Of a DNA stretch of 64,000 nucleotides, positions 49,165 to 60,000 are shown piece after piece. Origin of the DNA: Glycera tridactyla (lineage: Eukaryota). A program made the translations under genes and the position numbers. The stretch lies in the NCBI GenBank assembly GCA_965644265.1, contig OZ286462.1, forward strand, positions 61,938,001 through 62,002,000. The letters run 5' to 3'. Each line of letters begins with the position of its first letter. Within the stretch, counting starts at the first letter, position 1. A model generated the notes under the pieces. The model worked only from the letters and a program-made list of their open reading frames with translations. It was not told where the DNA came from and searched no databases.

Positions 49165-52100
49165 TCCTAATAAGTATCATTTTGAGCCATCACTGTGTGC
49201 CTGTGGTCGTGGCAGGGATTTCAAAGGCCCTATGATGCCTGTGAGGCTGACCCCTGGCCAGCCCCCAAACACAATTAGTATAACTCGGGGCGACTTTTAT
49301 GGTTGGTTATCTTCTGGGCCCAGTCACTGACACCTTTCAGGCTGGCTATTTTGAATGTTCAATTTCAAACATAAACATTCTCACTTCTCTCTTCCAGCAG
49401 ACATTAGATGTCTGCTCAGATTGAATAAGTCATCCAGATTTACATTTCAAACTTTCAGGTATGTTCGAAAATTGTAGAGTATTGCTGATTATGTAGTCAT
49501 CCCATTATATTGTGAAGTAAGATTTAGAAATCCATGGTCTATTCTCATCAAATATGTCTTCTCGTCATCCAAATGAGGGTCAATCCAAAGTGACTATGAA
49601 CCATCTCAAATTGGAATAAATATTTTGAATTAAGACACATCATTCAGTCAGAACCTGTCATCTATAACTTACTGTCAATCTGACCTCTACAGAAATCGCC
49701 GTCAGCAGATGTGTTCAAATCCTGCGATCAGTTATCTCATCCACCCTAACCTCCATGCCCTGTGGGAGCCTCATTCCAGGTTTTATGATCTGCAAGTTAT
49801 CTCAGTGATATGCTTTCTAAGAGAGGAAGTAACTCAAGACTTCCATATTCGATTATCACAAAACATAAAGCTGTCAGACTGATTTATACTAGGGTTCCAC
49901 ATGAGCAGATTCACCATGTCCACTCTGGCTCTGGCGGCCATCTTTTCAGATGACCTCCGGGTCCAGCCAAGGTTAGAGGACATTACTTGTCATCATATAA
50001 TGACCTCCATGACCCCACACCCTTCCAGACATATGCAACCACTGAACTGCTATTGAGTTTTCAAAAATGAAACAAACAGAAACTTTTCATATTTGACTAA
50101 ATCAAATAGAACTGCAGCCCTGAAACAGTGACCTTCCATCAGAGGTCATCTTGTAGCAGGTTTCACTTTAAATACATGCAATTTTTAAACAGATCACCGC
50201 TGATTCATGTGTCCTTAGATATTCTAATTCACAGTGATTTTACGCTCACCTAATAAATTCTGTCTCAACATTTTGGGGTAGAATTCCAAGATTGTGCAAC
50301 TTTCAAATTGGAACTAGCAACCCAAACTTTAGTTTGCCCTGCCATTTATCAGTCACATCTGACTTCTGGAAAGTTATGACATGTCAAATTGAATATCCTC
50401 CATGTTTGCATAAACAGATGATGGATAAGTGGGGAACAAGATGGCATCCACGGTGACAAGAAGGTCTAGACAGTCTATAGTCAAGGACGAGAATGAGACA
50501 GGCCTGCCAGACTCCCAGTGATGGGGGAATGCTACATGTCATGTATAAATCACAAGCGTGGGCGATAGCTCTATTTTCCCATGGCTGCCTGGTTTAGGTT
50601 CCCAAATGCCAGCGTGAGTTTGTCTTGGCAATTTTGAGAGCTGGCTGTGATAGCCACTGGACACTGGTCACGTGCTGGTCAAAACTGACCCAACTGTCAC
50701 TCGACCCTCGGCACACTGTCAGAACCAATTTCTCAGTCATCAAAATTGATTCTGTATCAAATCTGATATTGTATAGTATCAATCAATCAATCAATGAGAG
50801 TCATGCCAGACTTTAATCCTTGTCTTCTACAGCATATATCATCTAACGTAGCAAAATGATGTGAAATTGTTCAAGCGAACGGACAATAGGGAGGATATTT
50901 CTCGTCTCTTTTATGTAACCACATGAAACATGAGTTATTGCATGCCTTCTAACTAACAGTCACTCACACATTGTACTCCTATTTCACTTATGAGCTCCGA
51001 CATCTGCCAAGACGAACCCGCCCTTCAATCAATCTCCCACATCAAAAACTGCTGTTTTTCCTGAAGTCAGATATGCTCGAATATCATTCAAACTGATTTT
51101 TTTATATTTCTTTATCGGTTTTGAAGCCAGAAATATGCAGTCCTGTCATTAATCTTTTGAAACTAGTTTATCCTTGATAACTGTATGACGTCGAGATGTT
51201 AACATGCAAACATCGGCAGATAGGGTTCAATATGTATACTTGCCTCAAGTCCCCAAGACAACCCTACAACTGATGGTTATGTGCAGACACATTAATTCTG
51301 AAATAAAAATATTACTGTCTAGTTGACATGATTTTCCCCTCATTATCCCATCCCTAGAAGCCAAACCACATTCCCAGTGTATCCTCTTCACTTTTTATTT
51401 AAATGCACAAAAGAAAAATTTCAATAGTCAAATGTGAATGTATGCCCTCGCATGAGTGTCTTGTATTCTCACAGCAGTCTAGCAGAATAGCAATTATTTT
51501 ACACAGAAATCATCCCGGTGGCCAACTGCTTTCAAAGTGGGGTTACATAAATAAGGTGACTTCCGTTGAGTGAAGGGGATTACTTCCGTAGTTTTTGTTG
51601 AAGATGACACCGAAAAAGGGGGCGCTACTGCGGTGACAGTTGCGGGTGCTAACATGTGGTTTCAGTACTCCTACGGTTAGCTTTAACTGAACGATATCTT
51701 CATAATCTGCACAGCATCCTTTAAAGATGGGGTGGATTTGTTTGGGATCTCCAGTTATCTTAAGCAGACACCATCTGTTACTTTCCATGTATCCCCAGAC
51801 ACCCTGTTCCAACATGTGGCCGTAAGGGCACCAAACTTTAACCCTTATACCATTACCTTACTTTCTCCTTGTGTAGTCGCCATCTCTATTTCTCACGCAG
51901 TTTGTCACTCCTTTCACTGATGCATATATTTTTTTTCAAATCCCAATAAAGAGTGGTAAATCTGGAACATGATGGAATAGTTATTAACTACTCGTAAGAA
52001 GAAAGCTGAATATATCTGAGATTATATCTGGAAAAGTTACAGATTTTCAGGAAATTCATTGGCTGATGGCTTATGTGATTGTTTGTTCAAACATGAACAG

Positions 52101-52175
52101 TGCCACTTGAAACCCTCAACCCTTATCCATGGGCATATTCCTCAAAATTGTGATGATGAGAAAACTTTCATTGTA

Positions 52176-52878
52176 CAGTCAAACTTGTCCTAAGCGGGAG
52201 GCCACGGGATGAACCAAAACATGTCGCTTAGAACAAGTTCCCGCTTAGTACAATTTCGGCGATACCTGAAACCGATTTTTGAGACGATTTCGCCATAAAC
52301 GTGATGAAAACACACAGCAAGTGTAACTTCTGAGAGAGTGCCGCCATTTCCTCGTCGAAAAACAACCCGTCCGTACGCAAAAGTCCCCGAAATCGAGGAA
52401 ATACTCATATATATATACGTCTAATCGCCATGGGAAACACCTCAAACGTGATAAATTCATTCGTAAGATCGGCTTCCTTGTGGTTCCGAAACCTGCGCAG
52501 ATGCTCGGAAATCGGCTTCTGCGCACATTGTTGACATCTCGCGACGAGAGCCCTATGAAAGCAGGTCGCTGATTGGTCGATTTCGCCGCGATTCCGGCAA
52601 TTTGGCCAATCAGTGAACGCGACAGATATTTGTGATGGTTCTTTCACACCTCCAGCATTAAAGATGTATACGATAGCGACTAACCTGTACTGATGGGTCA
52701 CGTTATTACAAGTTTACGGGTTCGGCGGGAGTCGAAATTGTCATTCGCTATTCGCGTAAGGCAGGTTCACGCTTAGAACAGGTGATTTATAGTGAAAATA
52801 TAGTCGGGGGGAGTTGAAAGTGTTCGCTTTGGACAGGATCCCGCTTAGAGGAGGTTCACGTTATGGCAAGTTTGACTG
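52176..52878. mobile_element. Young 703-bp Tc1/mariner-type non-autonomous element
   Basis: TIRs CAGTCAAACTTG and CAAGTTTGACTG, TA TSD (52174-52175 and 52879-52880), subterminal CGCTTAG repeats. The interior is CpG-rich with no transposase ORF. Confidence 0.9.
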
Positions 52879-55800
52879 TATGTAATTCTTTCAGCCTTAC
52901 TCAACATCAAGATTTGTTCACAAGGCAAATACTGGAAAGACAAATACATGTAAATATTTTTTCTCCACTCAAAAAGACCTTGGTCTTTATTGAATACCAG
53001 CTGAAGTAACCCAGTTCAAAAGAATGGGGTAAGGGTGAGGGTGTATAACTCAAAGTAAAAGTTTTCTTGAGAGTTGCTCATTCATCAACTTACCACCACT
53101 TTCATCAACTCTACTAACATTTCATGAGTCTTCCAATGCGACATCTGAGATAATTTTTCCTCAGTTATCAACGTCTTATTAGGCTATATTGAGATGCGCT
53201 TAAGACCTCTGACTGAGAGGGGGAATGTAGAAGATAGAGGGTCGTCAAATGTCAACTGGTACATCACCATAAAAAGCATCCCATCTTTGCTGCTGGGGTT
53301 GGTTGCCGTGCCGATGATGAGCTGCGGCATCCTATAACCTAATCTCCCATGTGCTCGCGCTGCTGTACTACACTACCCTCACCGGATGTCTCAACTGTTT
53401 ATCATACAATATCAGCCTTTATACACATCACTTTTATACTGCAAGCATCAGTTGAGCATCACAGGATAACCATATCACTAGTGGAAGGTCGTTCATCATC
53501 AAGTTAGGGATGGGAAGTACAGCACCTTTCTCCATTCTCTGTATGTATTATTTGTCAGCAAATTCTTCTCATCTTTTTTCTATACTGCAGCATGTTTCTT
53601 GGTATTAACATGTTACAATGTGGTACGGTTAACAATCATGATATTTTTATTCCCAATTTATGCGCACACACGTGCATACACCAAGTACTGGTACATTTGG
53701 TTGAACAGTAGTCAGATCAAGAAACAGTCTGACATAGTTTCAACTCATATTCAGAAATGGACATCTCAATCATAAGACAAATTTGCATATATTTCTCAAC
53801 TTTGACTGACCATAGAGCTGCCTCCAACTGACACATTTCCAAAATGGCTGTCTCCTTCATCTTCCCTGATAGCATCTCCACAGACAGGAGGTGTTCAATT
53901 CTTCATCATCTGTCAGTTGTTATAGCTGACTGAGCAAGAGCAGAGTTTGACCACTGGTCAGTTTCCCTGCTTGGTCACTCAGGGTCATTATTTAGTGGGG
54001 TATCACATGTCCCTGACCATCATCTGAGCATCATCCCCTACCTATTAAGGGTGACAATATTCACATTCCAGGCATGATTAGCCACACTTAACTCTTAAGG
54101 AGACATCTCAACCTGTTCCTTAAGTAATATTTATGGCCATTTATTGATCTTTAAGCCTGGCTGTTATCGGAAATGCTCACTGATTTATCCTCACTTATCT
54201 TGGGAGTTGTCAGCAGTATATCCTCAGGGATCACTATGTGGCAATCTCCACTGAAGCCTGAACACGAAGCCTGAACATGGGATGGGGAAAAGTTCATCAT
54301 CGGTTGACTCTTTCTGCCTCACATCCTTGGATTCGCATACCATATCATACAAAAACTACGGAGCTTTTCTGTCTGGAAAATTCAAACTGACTTCATATAC
54401 ATTTATTTTAAATCATTAGACGTGCACAATATTCCTATGTTCAAAACAAAGGTTTCGCTTGAGCAACATTCAAAATTAGCCAATGGCATCCTACTTCAAA
54501 AGGAAATATTGATGGTGTCTGTAAATGTTCATGTTCATTTTGATCATGCCAATATTAAAATCTGCATCATTTTGCAGCTTCCCAGAGATCCTGTGATATC
54601 TGAGGGCATTTTTGTCTTATTCAAATGGTCGTTAAGTGAGGTGGGATTGATGTGTGAGATATGTACACTGGTTGAAATAGACAGGTGTTACCCCCCCCCC
54701 CCCCCAGCCTATGACCATCCCAGTCAGGGTCTTAGGAAATAGGGGCACTATTTACTAAGGTGAGAGGGGCCTACTGGATGAGCTAGGGGTCATCTATGAA
54801 ATCAATTTGATATGGGTGGATCTGGAACATGGACAAAATGAAAAGAACATGATGTGAAATTGAATGCATCTATTGTTAGAGATGAAGTTAGATGGCCATG
54901 TTAAAGGTGATGGGGATGCTGGTGAGAGATGTGACTGCCCTCATCACCATGGTCACCATCTGTAGCTCCATCCTCCTGCATCTTCACCACCTGCATCACC
55001 ACCATCATCATGAAATTTATTGCTGTTCACTTTCTATGGATGACCTCAGCAACACCTCTATCAGAACACCTGTCCGAAAAGACCACTATTTTATTACCAA
55101 CTTATTCTGAAATGAAATAAATGTTACTTGAAACTATTCAAAAAGATCACTTTCCCACAATTGTTACCCCTAGAATCTTCACCATGGGCACATTTCTAAA
55201 TGAACATAAGTGAGATTTCATATTCCCACAGATAGAAATTCAAATTCTACCTTCCCATATTAGGTGGGACGAATTGAGAATGAGGAAAAAAATCACTGGT
55301 CAGGTGAGAAGAAATGGTCCGAGCTAGATTTGTTTTCAAATTCCCATTGTACTGTATATTATAGTGCTGTCAATACAGTCTTTGAAACTATAGAGCCTCT
55401 GATTTCCACATGATAGTTTTGAAAACATGAATCAATGAAGACAATAGCAAAGACAGTGATTGCTGTATCTTGCTCACTTTGATACAGAGAAGGCAGATCA
55501 TGGGACTAATTGATAGGCAACAAAGGCTGGTAATTTAGTAACAATTATCACCCAGTACTTGTGTGTATGCCACTGGAGTAGTCTGCTGGGAGACAGAAGG
55601 CATCTCAAATCAACATCAAAGCAGGAGACCATCAAACAATGTGAGCTTCTGCTCACTTTTGTTTCCTCCAGATGAACCACCAGTGGGAGCCAGGAAGAAG
55701 AGGCAAACCTACAGTTATTTCCCACTTGAGATGGGTGCTGAACAGGCAAGGGTGTGGACTACAGGGGGTGCTCCACACCTGGATGTTTGGCCTCTCCCCT

Positions 55801-56185
55801 TGGGTAATTAGCTATAGACAGCTGGAGTACTTTCTCCAAACAATACTAATTATGGAAGATAGCTGTTCATTTCAGCATCACCTATTCTAAAATAGAATTC
55901 TCCCCAACAGAGTGCAGCTGCAGGGATAGGAAAACATCCATTAGTGGGAGTCTTCGGAAATAAACATCATAAATTCCAGCTGCATGTGAACATTTTCGTG
56001 TGGTCTCCTGGTGATGTTTTGTTCATTATGTGAACAACCTGGACTAGCCATGGGCATGATAACTAATAAATGAGAGGGCAAACAAGAATGGGTATGTGTC
56101 TGGGAAGTGGATGAGATTTCGAGGCTTTTCGGATTAAATCTTATAAGGAAGAAGTTTCACGGTACTCACAGTGATTTTTGATGAA

Positions 56186-56229
56186 AGTCGAAGCTTTCAG
56201 AACCCATCCGGATTCTCTCCTCAGCGAGT
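56186..56229 (-). ncRNA. Minimal type I hammerhead ribozyme at the PLE 3' end
   Basis: Minus strand reads ACTCG-CTGAGGA-G-AGAATCC-GGAT-GGGTTCT-GAA-AGCT-T-CGACT. This gives the CUGANGA and GAAA cores and a 7-bp stem II. Stem III is the palindromic AGCU and stem I is short (UCG/CGA plus one further pair). It matches the known PLE-associated minimal HHR layout. Confidence 0.8.
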
Positions 56230-56231
56230 CA

Positions 56232-57089
56232 CTACTGAGCTGGCTTGGTGGTGGTGTCACGTGACCTGTAGATCGTAGCGAGGTCACGTGACTGGAGAAG
56301 CTCCCTATATATAGGCGGGAGAGTGTGCCGGCCCCGATCCCTGTTGAGTGGGGGGTCTGTTCTGGAGATGTACACTGCTTCGGCCACCCCTCTTCTGAAC
56401 CAATCGGGTTCCTGATAGAGGATGGCAATGTTAGAGTCAGAGAATTGGTGCCCTAGTTGGGACATATGGTTGCCAACGGGTGAGGTGGTTCGGTGGTGTT
56501 CGGCAATTCTTCTCTTCAACGCCCTTTCCGTCTCACCCACATATGTGTCATCACAGTCATTACATTTGATGTGGTAAACTAGGCCCGCCTTGTCCCCTTT
56601 CATGACCTTGTCCTTGGGATGCACTAGTTTACTGCGTATGGTGTTGGTGGGTTTCATATGCACCGTAATCCCTGATTTACGCAGTATCCTAGCAATCGCA
56701 TCAGTGGAGTGACCCACATAGGGCAGGGTCACACTGCCCTTAGGTTTGTCGGAGGCTGGGTCTCTATCGACTGAGGGTGGTTTAGGTCTGATGGCAGTCT
56801 CCCAGGCATGCTTGGAGTAACCTGAGATTGAGAGGACTTTCTGTAGATGTTGAATTTCGGCCAGTCTTATTTCATCACTGGAGCAAATGACCTTCGCCCT
56901 GTGGTGGAGCGTGCGGATCACACCGAGTTTGTGTTGCAGAGGCTGGTTGCTTGAGTATTGCAAATACTGGTCGGTGTGGGTGCTTTTTCGATATACCGAG
57001 AACGATAAGTGACCAGTAGTGTCCTTATGGATGGTGGTGTCCAGCATGGCAATATGTCCCTCCTTCTCCTCTTCACTGGTAAATTTAAA
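56232..57089 (-). CDS. PLE polyprotein fragment: reverse transcriptase C-terminus/thumb plus GIY-YIG endonuclease
   Basis: The frame is open upstream of the track ORF to 57089, giving FKFTSEEEKEGHIAMLDTTI (PLE RT motif KFTxExE...LD). It continues with YRKSTHTDQYL, GYSK and LPYVG motifs, then GLVYHIKCNDCDDTYVGETERALKRRIAEH (GIY-YIG with the PLE CxxC) and two downstream His residues. No internal stops over about 285 codons. Confidence 0.95.
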   Translation of the reverse strand, partial: FKFTSEEEKEGHIAMLDTTIHKDTTGHLSFSVYRKSTHTDQYLQYSSNQPLQHKLGVIRTLHHRAKVICSSDEIRLAEIQHLQKVLSISGYSKHAWETAIRPKPPSVDRDPASDKPKGSVTLPYVGHSTDAIARILRKSGITVHMKPTNTIRSKLVHPKDKVMKGDKAGLVYHIKCNDCDDTYVGETERALKRRIAEHHRTTSPVGNHMSQLGHQFSDSNIAILYQEPDWFRRGVAEAVYISRTDPPLNRDRGRHTLPPIYRELLQSRDLATIYRSRDTTTKPAQ

Positions 57090-60000
57090 TCAGTTCGGAT
57101 TAAATCAGAACTGTATCAGACTTTCTCCATTCCAACTGAGGAGTTTTTCAATGTTGAAGGAGACTTGTTTGGAAGGTTTCTTCACTCAGTCATTCAAAGA
57201 GTGAAACTGAATGCCTCTCAGATATCGGTACTCTACTGTGATGCATGAGTGTTGCGGTTAGACAAGGCATTTCTGCGCAGTATATCAGCCATTTGGGAAA
57301 CAATGTTTTTATATTCGAACAATTCATTTTAAATCAGATCAAAGAATCAGTATTTGCTCCTCACCAAAAAGAGTGAAAGATTGTGTACAGGTCAAGTTTG
57401 TGCTTTTGGGATCATAGTAATTTGCGAGCAATAGGTCAAACTCATCAGTTTTTCAGCCGAGCAAACACGTCATTGTCGAGGGTTTCACAACTCACACATC
57501 TCTCCTCGCGCGTCCTTTGTGTGATATATCCATTGTTTAACAGTTACTTCATCACTGGCACCGGCTATTGTTCTGACTTGGGCCACCTGTCATCCCTCAC
57601 CTGTCTTCCACAAACACTGCATCATGTAGGGGAATGTCGAATGCCTTACTGGAATCCAGCACATCATTTATAAACCACCCACCATGCAGTTGTCAAGCCT
57701 GCTGATGTGATTGAATACTAACAAAAACTTGTGATATGGTTCTGGCACCCTACCCTGCCACTCACAGATTCATTAAGGGCGCTGTATGATTATTCTCCAC
57801 TTTGGATTTATGGCCTCCTGTAGTGGCATTGTGGAGATTTCTTTAAGCGCTGCTAAGTGAATTATGGTGCCATCTGTCATGGAGGTGAAATGTGTTTGTC
57901 GGTGGAGGCAAGGCATCTGACAAAAGTCATGTGATATCAACTTTGAATGGCTGGGACTGGCAATGGCAAATTATATTTTTATCCAAGAATATCCTCATGT
58001 TCATTCACATGCTATTATCATTTTTCAACTTTTATGTACTCTGAATCATGAATACCTCATTTTCTGATAAAATGAGAGCACTGGTAGATAGTGAATTTGA
58101 TGATTCAAGAATGTAGAGAGCAGTTAAAAAATACGTGTAATATCAGTATAGAAATTGACACCAGAAAGCATTGCCAAATTAAAGTTAAAATGTGGGTTTG
58201 AAATGGTCAATTCATTCCTCAATCAGAAAGCTAGTCAGTTCCAACTGTACGTTTACTCAACCAAGTGAGAGTTTTGACAAACAGCATTTTGTTTATCCAA
58301 TATGTTTCCATTCACACCCTTCAGAAGCAGATCTCACCCTTGTTTGACTGATGGTCAGTTGATGTTTGACCACTGGTCACTCACCCTCAACTCATCCAAT
58401 AAACCGGTCTGCTGGACCAGAAAAGATGATGTTTATTTGCCGACTGGAGACCAGTGCTTCCTGTTGACCAAGATGGACACCAGGGGCTGATACAAACAAA
58501 TCTTCCACTGGCAGTTTCTTGAGGTGCAAATAAGCATTTTGTGAAATACGTAGAATTTTCTTCCCCATTCCATTCCAATTCTTAGATATTTATGTACTGC
58601 AAAGTGATTCAGGTGCAGCTGAAATCAATAAAAACTATTTTTTTTTTGGGGGGGGGGGGGGGCATCAATATCAATTGAGAAATTGTGAGTCTTATATATT
58701 CTGTTCTTCCATCTCTAGATACAATTATAACAATTTATTAACTACTTGGAAGTATCTTGCTGGTATTTATCTCTGTCTTTTCACTTCTCAAAAGCAGTGG
58801 AGACACATTATTTTGGAATTAATTCAAATTGACTGAAAATCTTTGACAACCTGCTAATTAATTTTATCTCTTCAGTGGTATGTATCTGATATCAAAACCA
58901 ACAGCTCCCTGAATTAAAGGTCAAGAATGAGTGAAGATGTTTACTGTTTCTTCTGGAAAAGTGAGCCCTTGTGTAGAGCAAGCTTATCAAGAGGCAAGTG
59001 GCTGGGTGGGTGACAATTATAGGTGAGAACAAAAGAGTCTGATTAGATGTTTGACTCCTAAGCAATCATCACTAGACAAAACTCATGTGAGTACATCACA
59101 GGTAGCCATTAGATATCACAGGTAGCCATTTAATATTTACCCAAACAATGCACACCTCCCGGCCTGACTCTTTGATGTGCTTGATTGGCAGACTCCAGGA
59201 ATCAAATGATCCTGTCTCTGAGATGGCAAAACACAATCAATTAACCCATCGCTCACCGAATACAGCTCTCCCACCAACTTGATAATTGTATACTATCTCC
59301 ACCAAATTTGATAATAAAGGCACCATCAGTAGTCATCAACATCAGTTGGAGCCTACAGTGGTAAATGGCTAATAAAACCTATGAAAATATAAGGCGAAAT
59401 GAGCCCTGAAGGCTATTTTGGCATGTATTTTGAGCAGTTTTTAGCTCACAGAAGCCATGTACATCTGAGTAACTTATCCTTAATCCACAGTGGGGATTAC
59501 ATATCTCAGTAGCCAGGACATGATTGCTTTTAGTTATATCCAATTCCGCCTTCTTCTACAGCTGGAGCCGATATCTTTGTTTGTGTCACCCCAGGATTCT
59601 ACACCCAGGGGCAGTCAAACTTTGAAGTATGTTTGTGCAAACTTTGACCCTGGCAATGATCCTGTCTACCCACTGCTATGTACACATAGCCGAGGAACTT
59701 CTACCAGGATGTGTGTTTAGAGGTTACTCATTCCTCTGATCATATCATGTGTTTCTGAATTTGTGCAAACTGGTCAAGACTAATCCCTCCAAGTTGCAAG
59801 AAATGCAATTCACTTTGAAGAACTTCTAACCCCTTTGCAATCAATTCTACAACCTCCGCCATATTCATAGTGAAAGTAAATTGTACACCCCCCCCCCCCC
59901 CTAAAGGGCACCCATGACTACAATTCTACTCCAACTTCTAACTAACAGTGATGCAAATTTTCTGAAAATTTTCGGAATTCCGAAAAGCAGGTGAAAAATT

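Larger units (their letters stand above)
56141..57093 (-). mobile_element. 5'-truncated Penelope-like retroelement (PLE) inserted in an intron
   Basis: Contains the RT C-terminus/GIY-YIG ORF and a hammerhead motif. It is bounded by the exact direct repeat TTCGGATTAAATC at 56128-56140 and 57094-57106. Confidence 0.93.

Noticed and set aside
55672-55802. Strong acceptor (ttttgtttcctcCAG) followed by a frame reading EPPVGARKKRQTYSYFPLEM, superficially like a Hox homeodomain N-terminal arm
   Set aside because: The similarity ends after about 8 residues. There is no helix 1-3 pattern or WFQNRR and no good donor, and the phase-0 reading is unrecognisable, so it cannot be supported as the constant exon.
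57400-57480. CTGATGA and GAAA on the minus strand as a second hammerhead (similar test at 33004-33035 on +)
   Set aside because: The core elements lack a correctly placed stem II/GAAA arrangement.
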